A stretch of 63,892 nt of DNA, counting the filler, from Olpidium bornovanus S191 (Eukaryota > Fungi > Olpidiomycota), in the NCBI GenBank assembly GCA_017911155.1. It is 33 parts of 33 records of this genome, joined end to end, with 100 filler letters (N's around TTAATTAATTAA, not from the genome) between each part and the next. Parts side by side here need not be neighbours in the genome. Positions count along the whole stretch, not along the records: positions 1 to 1,367 come from JAEFCI010000366.1; positions 1,468 to 3,277 come from JAEFCI010003645.1; positions 3,378 to 4,859 come from JAEFCI010011914.1; positions 4,960 to 6,278 come from JAEFCI010005873.1; positions 6,379 to 8,341 come from JAEFCI010001740.1; positions 8,442 to 12,020 come from JAEFCI010009354.1; 27 more parts are not named here. One strand, written 5' to 3'. Positions within the stretch are counted from its first letter, which is position 1. Every line of letters starts with the position of its first letter. The notes under the pieces are model-generated. The model was not told the DNA's origin. It saw only the letters and a program-made list of their open reading frames with translations, and ran no database searches. Shown piece after piece: positions 1 through 11,221 of the stretch. Made by a program: the position numbers and the translations under genes.

Positions 1-121
1 AACCCCACCCCCCCCCACCCCCCCCCCCCCAACCCCCCCCCCCCCCCGCCAAAGAGCGGGCCGAAAACCCGGGGACGGGCGACCGGGGGCGCACAACGCG
101 CGAGGGTATGACGGGACTCAC

Positions 122-469
122 AGCAGTTGCGGACATAGCGAAGCTTGCCCTTCTTGACGTCCTGCTTTATCGGGTTCATGGGCTCCCCGGTGGCGATCTT
201 CGGGGGGACGCGGGAAAAACAAACGGTCGTACAGCCGGTCAGGAAAGAGAAACGCGGACGGAGACGCGTCGGAAACGCCGTGTGCGGCGCACCTCGAGCT
301 TCGCGTTCGTCCAGCGCGGGATCTCGACGACCATGTTGTACACGCCGGGGTCGTTGGCCGGGTGGAGCGGGATGTCGTGGAAGGGTGACACGGTCACCCC
401 GTCATTCTCGAGAAAGACCCTGTAGCCCAACGAATTCGGCGCGCCGACGTGGCGGGCGGTGTAGGCCAT
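122..469 (-). CDS. IPP1: Soluble inorganic pyrophosphatase, first two exons (3' truncated)
   Basis: Exon 469-293 reads [48 protein letters not shown] intron 292-198. Exon 197-122 reads [25 protein letters not shown], followed by a GTGAGT donor. These are family I PPase motifs. Confidence 0.95.
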
Positions 470-1367
470 CGCGGTTCGCAGGACGGCGGCGAACGCGCAG
501 AAAATGGCGTTGGTCGGCTTCGTCGTGAGATAGCTGGCCAAGTGGCGGCGGCGGCTGTTGTTGGTTGTTGTTGTGGCGGAGGCGGAGAGGCGGAGGCGGC
601 CGCGAGGGGGGGAAGGCGGCGGGGGGGAAGGGGAAGCGGTCCGCCGCGCGCCCCCGGCGGAGCGGGACGACGATCACAACCGGCCGGCTGCCGAGAAACT
701 GCCACGAGAACGGCGTCGCCGCGGCCGCCGCCGGCTTGCTGGGCGCGGGTTCGCGAGGGGAAGCCGGGGGCAGCGGAGAGTTCGAAGAACTTGAAGAGAA
801 ATCGCAGCCGGCTGCTGCTGCTGCTGCTGCTGCTGCTGGGAGGAAGAGCGGCACTCGATAACGGCCATGAGTTTGTCCGGCTTCGGGATTGCTTTTCAGC
901 ATGGGGGAGCTCCATTGACTGCCCGGGGATGAGCTAGTGGCATCTCTCGCTTCCTCGCGGCTCCTCAGCCAAATGCCTCTCGCGCAAGACCGACCAGCAA
1001 AGGTGCCCGAGATCCGCAAATCCAAAAACTATCCCCAATTCTGCGACTTTTTGGGGCGCGAGCAAGAATCCTTGGACGCGCTCACGGCGCTTCACGAGCT
1101 CTTCGTGAAGGGCTCGGACGAGCGCATAGTAAGGCTGACCGGCTGTCGGCAGGACCACAGCCTTACGACGGCGCTTAGGTCATGAAATATTTCTTCAGAA
1201 AGCCAGCGACCGAGGAGATGGCGGAGAAGTAGCTGCAAGTTGCTCCCATGGGTAGGGAAGATCAGACATTGGTTCCCTCCGGAGAAGCCCTTCTCCGAGC
1301 TCGTGGACTTGCTGGACAGCAACTGCAGCAATGGAAATTTCAGGTTTTGCACGTGGAAAGGCTAGCC

Positions 1368-1467
1368 NNNNNNNNNNNNNNNNNNNNNNNNNNNNNNNNN
1401 NNNNNNNNNNNTTAATTAATTAANNNNNNNNNNNNNNNNNNNNNNNNNNNNNNNNNNNNNNNNNNNN
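1368..1467. other. Artificial contig-joining spacer (N44-TTAATTAATTAA-N44), first of 32 identical copies
   Basis: Identical 100-bp spacer with stops in all six frames. Start positions: 1368, 3278, 4860, 6279, 8342, 12021, 13305, 15483, 17496, 20266, 21916, 24306, 28760, 29997, 32203, 33396, 34918, 36398, 37856, 39446, 41554, 44121, 46967, 49265, 50871, 52103, 53283, 56188, 57402, 59351, 61162, 62586. Confidence 0.99.
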
Positions 1468-1510
1468 CATGGCGGGCAGCGGACTGACAGCTTGCGACGA
1501 GTGGCCGCAC

Positions 1511-2420
1511 CTTCATCACGACTTTGTGGACGACAGCCTCTTGGAGGAAGTCAAAGACGAGGGGAGGATCCGACTCGAAGGTCGTAAGCTTGCATGACGT
1601 GACCGCTCCGTTATCCTGCAGGCTGACGTCGCAGTGGGAACCAGGAATCGGAAGGAGCTCAACGCCAGGAGCACCTCTCGTTTTTTTAAAAAAAAAACCA
1701 GAAAAACTATGTTTCCGCCTCCGGGATCCTTGCGTTTGCTGTTTTAAAAAAACGGAACTTCAGTCAGACTTACGTCAGGACCAGGTCCGATCCCTCGCCG
1801 TTGTACTGGAGGTCAACTGGCGTGCACTTCCAGCTTTGCGCGGCACCGGCCCCTGTCCCGCTACCATGCGCTCCTCCCATTCCGGTACCGTGCCCTGCGT
1901 GCTGTGTCCCCCCGCTGGCGCCGAGCATGGGCAACGGGGCCGCCGTGCCGAAGATGTTGAGGCACTCCCGTAGGACCGAGAGGTGGACGGTAAACGTGTA
2001 CTCCGCATGCGTCTCGCCGCCCGCGCGGCGTTCGGGAACAAAAAGGTACTGCTCGAAGAGCGAGGCATTGATATATGCGACCGCCTGGACGCAGTGCTCG
2101 TCCTAAAGCAGGCGCGACGGAGGGGTGAGGTAAGTCGACATCGATTAAACAACAATCCAACTACAGTAAGGGCGAACCGGGACGCCATAGGTCCTGAGCC
2201 CCGTAGCCGGCGCGCCAACGTTCGTACCTCGACCAAAAACTTTAAGCCCTGTTCTGTCACAGAGCAGTTTGCCCTCTGACCGGAACGCGCGGAGAAGACG
2301 GCCACGTCGGCATGAGTTGACCACCGTTGCCTAAAACTAAACAACTTCCGTTCCCTCTTGAGGGAAGGGGCGCGTGCTGTGATCGACGGGATAGTTTTGT
2401 TCCCCTAAACAGAATCTCCT

Positions 2421-2455
<35 letters not shown>

Positions 2456-2596
2456 CTCTTTGAACTGGAGACCTGCCAGAAGGGTTGACAGGTACTTCAC
2501 GTTCGGAAGTCTCGCCTTCAGCACCGGCTGCGGCTGCGTCGCGTCCTCGTCGTCCTCCTGGCGGCGTTGCTCGCGATGCGGGGGGGGGGCTTGCAT
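1511..2596 (-). CDS. RAD1: 9-1-1 checkpoint clamp subunit Rad1/Rec1/Rad17, four exons (3' truncated)
   Basis: Phase-consistent GT-AG exons 2596-2456 (LKARLPNVKYLSTLLAGLQFKE), 2275-2228 (RANCSVTEQGLKFLVE), 2102-1774 (DEHCVQAVAYINASLFEQY..FTVHLSVLRECLNIFG..LQYNGEGSDLVL) and 1622-1511 (LQDNGAVTSCKLTTFE..FDF..KVVMK). The motif order matches the Rad1 family. Confidence 0.9.
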
Positions 2597-2654
2597 TTCG
2601 GCGGTCGGTCTTCTGTGTGGGGAGGGGTGTCTGTCGACGTTTCGAGTCGAGTTT

Positions 2655-2695
<41 letters not shown>

Positions 2696-2709
2696 GGTTT
2701 TTTTTTTTT

Positions 2710-2749
<40 letters not shown>

Positions 2750-2873
2750 TTCTGGGTTGTTTATTTCTGCGTTCGTTGTTTATGATGACTGTTATTGCTC
2801 TTTTGGTCACTGCGGCGGAGGAGGAAAAAGAGGAGGAACGCGGCTTTCGTGATGCGCATGACCCGGACACGCG

Positions 2874-2889
2874 AGAGAGAAAAATTGAA

Positions 2890-2945
<56 letters not shown>

Positions 2946-2965
2946 TGAGAGAGAGTGAGAGAGAG
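2874..2965. repeat. (GA)n microsatellite
   Basis: Long, slightly imperfect GAGAGA run, preceded by poly-T tracts at about 2650-2750. Confidence 0.95.
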
Positions 2966-3377
2966 AAGCGCGTTTCCGATGCGAAAGGTGACCCCCGCGC
3001 GCGCGGGGTGGGGGCCCGGAAAAATCCCTGACAAACTCGAGTGTTTACGTCGTGAGGGATGGCCACAGCCGGAGAATTTGACGCTCAAGCAAAACGAACA
3101 GGGAACGATTCGCGCTTACCATAAGAAATGAGTGGCTGCAAATACCATCTGATTTCGCCAAAACGACAAGACGGAAGGGGGGGGGGGGGGGGGGGGGGGG
3201 GAGCTGAGTGGGGGGGGGGGGATAGAACAACGAAGCCAAGGAGAGGAGATGGCGGATGGGGCGTACGGAGAAAGACGNNNNNNNNNNNNNNNNNNNNNNN
3301 NNNNNNNNNNNNNNNNNNNNNTTAATTAATTAANNNNNNNNNNNNNNNNNNNNNNNNNNNNNNNNNNNNNNNNNNNN

Positions 3378-3467
<90 letters not shown>

Positions 3468-3526
3468 GAAAAAAAAAAGAAAATAAAAAAAAAAGAAAAA
3501 AAAAGAAAAAAAAAATTGAAGGGAAA

Positions 3527-4737
3527 CATACGGGCGCTTGCGGCTTTCAGACAAAATCCCACCGCCGCCTTTAGCCAAGGGAAAGCCTCGCCGGACGAGG
3601 AGACCCGACTCGCTCGAAAAGTCCCCGCAACTTCTTGCCACCATCAGCCAACGGAAAAGCCTCGCCAGACGAGGAGACCCGACTCGTTTGAAATGGCCGA
3701 ACGGTTTTTGCCTGTGAGCACGACGGCTCTTTTACGGATCATCGCCGAACCGCCGTCCGGAAAAAAAAGAAAAAAAAAACATTAAAAAGAAAAAATAACG
3801 AAAAAAAAATAAAAAAAAGAAAAAAAAAAAAAACAGAAAAAAAAAGAAAAAAAAGAAAAAAAAAAGACAAGAAAGAGAAACACACGGGCGCTTGCGGCTT
3901 TTCAGACAGATCTCACCGCCGCTATCAGCCAAGGGAAAGTCACGCCGGGGGTGGGAGTCCCGACTTTTTGAAAGGGCCCCACGTTTTTTGCCTGTGAGCA
4001 CGAAAGCTCTTACGGATCACCACCGAACCGCCGTCCAGAAAAAAAAAAAAGAAAAAAAGAAAAAAAGTAAAAAAAAACGTAAAAAAAACGAAAAAAAAAG
4101 TTAAAAAAAGTTAAAAAAAGAAAAAAAAAGAAAAAAAAAGAAAAACACACGGGCGCTTGCGGCTTTTCAGACCAATCCCACCGCCGCCATCAGCTAAGCG
4201 AAAGCCACGCCAGACGGGGTCTCAAACGCACGGGCGCTTGCGGCTTTTCAGACAAATCTCACCGCCGCCATCAGCCAAGGGAAAGCCACGCCGGACCGGG
4301 GGGGGGAACCCGTCTTTTTTGAAAAGGGCCCACGTTTTTGCCTGTGCGCGCGACGGCCCTTTTACGGATCAACGACGACCGCCGTCCGGAAAAAAAAAAA
4401 AAAAAAACAACAAAAAACAAAAAAAACGAAAAAAACGAAAAAAGAAAAGAAAGGGTAAAAAAGAAAAAAAACCAAAAAAAAGAAAAAAAAATAAAAAAAG
4501 AAAAAAAACAAAAAACGAAAAAAAAACCCAAAAAAGAAAAAAAATTAAAAAAGAAAAAAAAATTTATAACAAAGAAAAACACACGGGCGCTTGCGGCTTT
4601 TCGGATAAATCTCACAGCTGCCATCAGCCAAGGGAAAGCCTCACCGGACGAGGAGACACGACTCGTTTGAAAACGCCCCGCGTTCTTTGCCTGTGCGCGC
4701 AATCGCACCATCACGGGTCACCGCGGACGCCGTCCGC
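3527..4737. repeat. Tandem array of about five degenerate ~160-bp units separated by A-rich tracts
   Basis: Units start CA(C/T)ACGGGCGCTTGCGGCTTT at about 3527, 3881, 4146 (partial), 4229 and 4580. They share AAATCTCACCGCCGCCATCAGCCAAGGGAAAG, TTTTGCCTGTG and TTACGGATCA..CCGCCGTCC. Confidence 0.9.
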
Positions 4738-4747
4738 TGCTTTTTTT

Positions 4748-4795
<48 letters not shown>

Positions 4796-4814
4796 CCCCC
4801 CGCGCGGGGGGGGG

Positions 4815-4859
<45 letters not shown>

Positions 4860-5016
4860 NNNNNNNNNNNNNNNNNNNNNNNNNNNNNNNNNNNNNNNNN
4901 NNNTTAATTAATTAANNNNNNNNNNNNNNNNNNNNNNNNNNNNNNNNNNNNNNNNNNNNAAAAAAAAAAAAAGAAAAAACAACAAGAAGTTCGCTTTCCG
5001 CCTCTCGTCTACGCAC

Positions 5017-5604
5017 GTCGTCAACGCCACATTTTCCACACCGCTGCCGTCCGCTTTTCTCCTGCCGAGTATGACCCTGCTGTCGCCCAAGTTTGCCACG
5101 TATATCCTCTTTGGGGTTGCGTCGCTCTCGTGTGATTCTCCCCGCACGATCACAACAGCAGCCGTAGTCCCGGACATGTACGTGTCGATGGCCTGATTCT
5201 CGCAGAGCCGCTCGTGCAGGTCAGCGAAAACAACGCTCCGCAACGTGTCCGCAGTCCGAGACAACAATGCATCTTTGTGTTTCTCGAGCACGGCGACTAT
5301 GGCCGTCTTCACGAAAGCGGAGACTTTCGACCCCTGTTCAGTTTGGCGCGGGACGGTGGAATCGGCGGCAACCGTGGATGAAAACGGCGTTGGAGATCGC
5401 AGCAGCGTGGGAGGAAAGGGCGTTGGAGGTTGGACCAAAGGGGCCGAGAAAGGTCACGAGGAGACCGGCTTTCGCCGCACCTCACGTGAAGCCGATCGGC
5501 TGGCATGGCCGAACGCGCACCTCGGAACCGTGGCCATCAAAAACGGCATATAAGGAGATGTCTGGTTGTCCAAACAGGCCTTCTACGATCAAAGCTTCAT
5601 CTTG
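5017..5604 (-). CDS. PP2C/PPM-family Ser/Thr protein phosphatase, internal exons
   Basis: Exon 5604-5521 reads QDEALIVEG..LYAVFDGHGSE. Exon 5333-5017 reads GSKVSAFVK..SGTTAAVVIV..IYVANLGDSRVILG. These are the canonical PP2C motifs DGHG, SGTT and ANLGDSR. Confidence 0.93.
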
Positions 5605-6939
5605 CTGGGGAGTCCAGGTTGCGCGCCGCGCGAAGCCGGGGATCGGAAACAAAAATGACGAGAGATCAAGAGTGGACCGCGACTAAGTCGGTGAAAAACG
5701 CCAGCGTACGTCTTATCTGAAGCGGGCACGTCGTCGGCGAGTAACGCGTTTGCGATGGCCCTTCTCCCCCCCAGCCTCCTTTCCCCCTCTTCCCCCCCCC
5801 CCCGCACTATCCCCTCCGCAATACGAAGGCCCGCGCACGGCCTGTTGATGCTTACACCGCCTGCGGTCTTCCGGCGCGAACGCAGATCCGGCGGGCGAAC
5901 GAGGTGTGAGTGAGGGGAAAAGAACACGAACCTGAGAGGCCCGCTTCCCTGGGTCCGTGGTCGTCGCGGCGCGCATGGTTTCCGGGCGGAGACCAGATTC
6001 TCCGCCGCGCGCTGTGGCGGACGATCAGGAAGGCGTCGCACAGGCGGGCAATGGCGCGGGGGAGCGACGGTGAGTCCGAGTTTTGTGGGGAAAAAAGCGG
6101 CCACGTGACCCTTACCCCATGTTCAGATATGCGCCCTCGTTTTTTGCCCCCCCCCCCTTTTTCTTTTTCTTTTTGACCGCCCGGCACCTCCCTGCTGTAA
6201 CCGTCAACCATAACAAATACACGAGAGAACGTTGAGCTGAACGTAACAGATTAAGAGTCTCAGCCTCTCCGCTGAGGANNNNNNNNNNNNNNNNNNNNNN
6301 NNNNNNNNNNNNNNNNNNNNNNTTAATTAATTAANNNNNNNNNNNNNNNNNNNNNNNNNNNNNNNNNNNNNNNNNNNNCACATGTCAGGTACCGGCCTCG
6401 TGGATGTAAACACCAATAACCAAGCCAGGTAAGGGGGGAGGGGTGAACTCCGCCGGCTCGCTGGGCACCTCACAAAGATTAGCAGCAACGCATCTTGTTG
6501 TTGAACAGCGGAGTGGGGGCTCCGCACACCTGGAGTTACTACTATTCATACTGGTAACGGGTGTCAAAGAGGAAAGCAAAAGGCGTTTGGCGGGTTTTCG
6601 TGGGTCGCGTTGGGGCACGTGACTGAGAAAACGTTCGGTCAAGTTTGAAGCATATTTTTTGGTTTTTCGTACTGTAAATGCAAACCTTACGGTTCGGGAA
6701 TTGAACCGTCAAAATGATACCACGAGGGTGCGCCGCAGACCGCCCCCCGGCTGGCGGGCGTTCGCGCAAAAAAACAAAAGCAGAAAAACCGGACAAAAAA
6801 CAATTTAAAAAAAAAAACAGGATAATCGTTCGTCTTTTCGGCGGGATACGCTGTCCGTTCGGCTGCCCAAATTGGTGTTCTGTTTAAGTTCCAGTCTTGT
6901 GATCTTCTAGAGAACTGGACGGTAAACCTGCATCCTCCT

Positions 6940-8272
6940 TCAGTATAATCCCCGGAGGATTCCCTCCATCGCGACGGGTTGGCCGTCGGGCGAAATAGGG
7001 TAGGCCTCCACGTCGAGGTCTGCCGCCGAGGATGTGCGGGCAGCGGCGTTCCCGGCAGCGTCATCCCCAAGTGATCTCTCGGTGCGCCCGCGTTCCCGTA
7101 ACTGGGCCTTCTCCGGCTGCGCAGTGTGCCGCACCATTTCCTCAGTAGCATCACGGTACCGTTTCGTCGCCGCGAAGCCCTCGTAGGGGCTGAGGCCGCC
7201 GCCGACCGCGACCGTCACGTGCGGATACGACGACGCGCACTCGATCCAGGCGGGTTCAAACGACCCGGGCACGACTTCGAGCACCAGCACGTCGCGGGTG
7301 CGCAGCAACCGGCTTACCATGAACTGACACCTTACCGGCTCGTCGCTCGACTCGACCTTGGCTTTGCACAGGCTCCATATCTTCTCGCCTTGGGCTTGGC
7401 CTGCCAAACTCTTCTTGTGCACCAGCGTGACATGCGGGGTCTCCACCATTGTGCTGCTGCGCCATTGATCGGGAACGGCGGGCGGAACCGCGTTGCCACT
7501 GAGACACCTGTCCACGAGTGTCTTGACCTCATTTTCCCGTACCACCAAGCCATAGTAGCGCCAATTTTCCTGCCGGCGTTTATTGTTCTTCACATTCTTG
7601 ACAACCGTAGGCCGATAGTCAGTCGTCGCTTTCGCCAACGCCTCCTCGACCCTGCTGGCGGGCGGGACAGGCAGGCCGCAAAATTCAGCGACGGCGTTGA
7701 TGGCGACGCGGGCGTTTTGCCGCAGTGTGTCCGTCACCGAGAACTGCACGACTTCGTCGATCAGCGAGTCCTCGCAAAAGTTTGAATCGAGAGGCTGAAA
7801 GTCGTTAACGAACGCGCGAATGACCTTGTCGAATTGCGGGTTGCGCCCGGGCGTCAAAGACTGATGGTTCTCTCCGCGATCCATAACGCGCTTCCGCGTC
7901 CCCTCCACCACTCGCGGCGACGGCTCCTGCGTAACGTCCCAGTAAAAGCAAACGACACGACAGTCTGGAAAAGCCTCCTTCACGGCTGTCGTGAGGTCGC
8001 CACGCAGTCGGCGAAGGTGATTATTTCTGTCAGAAAAAAAGAGTATACTTAGAGAAAAGTACTACATCTTCGCCGCATTTCCAAATCTGCGTGCAACGTA
8101 ACAAAGATCATTTTCGCACACCTGTCTGCAATGACGATGTCGTGATCCGTAAGCTCCTTGATCACGGCCTCATTAAACGCTTTGCCTCCCGCCCTCTTTT
8201 TGGTAATGTTGTCGTTCTGTACATGTCCGCATCCAAACAGATCCGCTATAACCAGAGACACGGTTGTCTTAC
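6940..8272 (-). CDS. TRL1: Fungal-type trifunctional tRNA ligase, kinase and cyclic phosphodiesterase domains (5' truncated)
   Basis: Exon 8272-8122 has the GKTT P-loop end, HVQNDNI and IADR. Exon 8026-6940 has NNH, RGENHQSL, YYG and two HxT motifs (HVTLVH, HVTVAV), and ends at TGA 6942-6940. Confidence 0.92.
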
Positions 8273-8590
8273 CTTTAATTTGGAGAGAAACAAGTAAGTC
8301 GCAATACCAACGTCCAAGTATAAGAGCCATCATATATCCAGNNNNNNNNNNNNNNNNNNNNNNNNNNNNNNNNNNNNNNNNNNNNTTAATTAATTAANNN
8401 NNNNNNNNNNNNNNNNNNNNNNNNNNNNNNNNNNNNNNNNNGGGAGAGGACCGCGCGGAAAGGGCGGGAAAAGCGGAGGGAGCTACCAAAAAAAACTTTT
8501 TTCTTTTTTTTTTCTCAGAAAAAGGAGCCCGCCGATGGAGGGGGAGAGAGCGGAGTGCCGCAGTGCCAGGGACATTCAATCGGCCGCCTT

Positions 8591-10337
8591 TCAACCGCCG
8601 ATGAGGATCATAGGCCGGTTTGGCGCCCGCCACAGCTCGAACATGCCCGCGTGGCGGGCCTTCTTCCTCTTCACCGCGGCGCCCACGATCTCGAGGAGCT
8701 CGGCGTCGGACGCGCCGCCCCGCATGGCGTCCCGGATGGAAACCTCGGCGTTGCCGAAGAGGCAGACCTGAAAAGAACGTTTTTGAACCCGGGAGGAGAG
8801 TCCGATAAATAATCTCTTCCTTTTCTTTTTTTTTAAAAAAAAAGAAAGATAATAAGGGGGGAAAAGCGGCGATATGCGCTTTTCTTTTTTTTTTTTTTTC
8901 AAACGAAACCTTCAGGTTCCCGTCGGCCGTGATGCGTAACCGGTTGCACCCGGCGCAGAAGTGGTCGGTCATCGAAGTAATGAAGCCCAGCCTGCCCGCG
9001 AAACCCGGGACGCGGTAGGCTTTCGAAGTGTCGCCGGTCTCGTCGACGTCCCTCGCCAGCGGGCCGTACTCTCGCGAGATGCGCCGCACGAGTTCCTCGT
9101 AAGGGACCACCTTGCCCGGGTTCCACTTGTTGCCTGCGCATAAACGTGGACATTTTGCAGCCGCGGGGCAACAAAAAAAAAAGAAAGAGAAACGGTTTCC
9201 CATCCTCCCGCAGCAGGTTCCCTCCCTGGTACCCTTACCGTCAAAGGGCATGTACTCGATAAACCGGACGTCCACGGGCCTGTGGCGCGTGAACTCGACG
9301 AAGTCGACAACTTCGCCGTCGTTGACACCCCCCACGACGACCGAATTGATCTTGGTGCGCACGCCCGCGGCCACAGCCTCGTCCACGCACTCGAGCACCT
9401 TGTCGTGGCCCTTCCGCCGGGTGATGAGCTGGAATTTGAGCGGGTCCAGGGTGTCGAGGCTGATGTTGACCAAGTTCAGGCCGCCCTCCACGAGCTTCGG
9501 CAGCATCCGCTTGAGCGCCACGCCGTTGGTGGTCATCGCGATAGTCTTCAGACCTGCAGGACGGAGCTTTGCCAGTTCGGCTAAGGACGCGGTTGGGGAA
9601 AGAGGGGAAGGGGGCGGGAAATAAGCGGGGAATTTTGTTAGAGGCGTCAAACGGTCGACGCTTTTTTTTTTTCTTTTTTTTCACCGCCATGCCAGCCGTT
9701 CGCGAAAAAAACCCTTACCGACGAGGTCCACTATGTCCTTCCTCACCGTCGGTTCCCCACCGGTGAGCCTGACCTTGTCCACACCCGCCGAGACGAACAA
9801 CCTTGCTATCCTCAAGATCTCCTCGGCGGTCATGAGGCTGGCCGGCTCAGACAGCCGGACGCCGTCCTCGGGCATGCAGTAGGTGCACCGCAGGTTGCAC
9901 TTCTCCGTGACGGAGATGCGGAGGTACGTGTGGCGCCTGTCGAAGGCGTCGACGAGGGCCGGCGCCGCCCCGTCCCGCAGCGCGGCCGCGGCCGCCTCCT
10001 CTTCCTCCTCTTCCTCCTCCTCCTCCTTCGCCGCCGCCGACCCGCGGGGCGGGCGAGCGCCGACGCCGGGCCAGGCCCTTTCGGCGTCGACCGCCGCTAT
10101 CCTCGCCCGGGCGCGCTCCTTCAACCACAGCACCGCCGCGGCGCCGCCTGCATCCAAAGACGTCCGGGCGGAAGGGATCGTCGTCGTCGTCGTCGCCGTC
10201 GCCGTCGGCGCCGAAGACGTATGACGGGTCGCCGCGGCTCGGGCTGTGCGCCGCGTCGACGGCGGCGCAGCAGGGCGCAGCGGCCCCGAAGACGACGCGG
10301 CGGCCGCGCCCCGCGCCGCCGACGCAAACCACTTCAT
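8591..10337 (-). CDS. MOCS1: GTP 3',8-cyclase (MoaA/MOCS1A/Cnx2), molybdenum cofactor biosynthesis, apparently complete
   Basis: Exons 10337-9719, 9580-9239, 9133-8910 and 8767-8591. It has the radical [11 protein letters not shown] motif, GGEPT, TTNG, the C-terminal CAGC-x13-C cluster and the terminal RPMILIGG-stop. The Ala/Arg/Ser/Thr-rich N-terminus resembles a mitochondrial presequence (inference). Confidence 0.96.
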
Positions 10338-10952
10338 GCGGGGGGCGCCTCGCCCTCGTCGATCACGACGGGGTCGGAGAGAAACGCAACGCGCGCGCTT
10401 CGCGAACAGACAAAAAAAAAAGCCGAGAAAGAGCGAGATGACGAGAGTAAGAGAGGGAGAGAGAGATGAGGACGATGAGAGAGAAGAGACGAAGATGGGA
10501 CGAGAGAGAATGAGAGGGGAGATCGGATGATAGAGAGAAGGAGAGAGAAAGACGGAGAGGGAGATATAGAGAAAGAAGAGAGAGAGACAGAGAGAGAGTC
10601 CGAAGAGGGAAACGGGAGGGAGCCGGGAACCCGCGGGAACACAGGCGACAAAACGGAGAGAGCGCAGAAAAAGGGCTGGCCAACCCCCCTTCTCCCCCTT
10701 CCCCGCTCTCTCCCCGTGGACCCGGAACGCCGTCGCCACCTGGGCCGCTGCTTCCTTCTGGCCCCACCGGACCGCACGGCGATCCCGCTGGGCGCGGCCT
10801 GCGCCGCCTCGTGGCGCGCGGTGGGCCTGCGCCCGCCCGCCGTAGCCGGTAGGGGAGGGGGAACCGCCGCCGGGGGCGCGGGAAGGAAAGGCGCAAGCTT
10901 TTTTCTTTTTTCCAGCGCCCCCCGCGCGGGGGGAGAAAATTTCCTCTTTCTT

Positions 10953-10985
<33 letters not shown>

Positions 10986-11044
10986 CCCACCCCCCCCCCC
11001 CCTCCCCCCCCCCCCCCCCCCCCCCCGGGGGGGGGGAAAAATTT

Positions 11045-11087
<43 letters not shown>

Positions 11088-11146
11088 CGCACACACACAC
11101 GCTCTCTCTCTCCCGTCGCCTTCTCTTCTCTCGGCGCCCTCCCCCT

Positions 11147-11181
<35 letters not shown>

Positions 11182-11221
11182 GTCTGGCCCGACCGCGCCC
11201 GCCGCCCAGCTTCCCCGGCCA

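Noticed and set aside
937-1367. Short ORFs upstream of IPP1
   Set aside because: No recognisable motif, and stops interrupt all frames. I cannot support a gene or transposon call.
1412-1423. TTAATTAATTAA repeated 32 times at semi-regular spacing (CRISPR-like or regulatory repeat)
   Set aside because: It is always embedded in exactly 44+44 N, so it is an artificial contig linker with six-frame stops.
4349-4372. GCCCTTTTAC resembling the U5 snRNA loop 1
   Set aside because: It does not match the invariant GCCUUUUAC, varies between repeat units, and lacks the U5 stem and Sm site.
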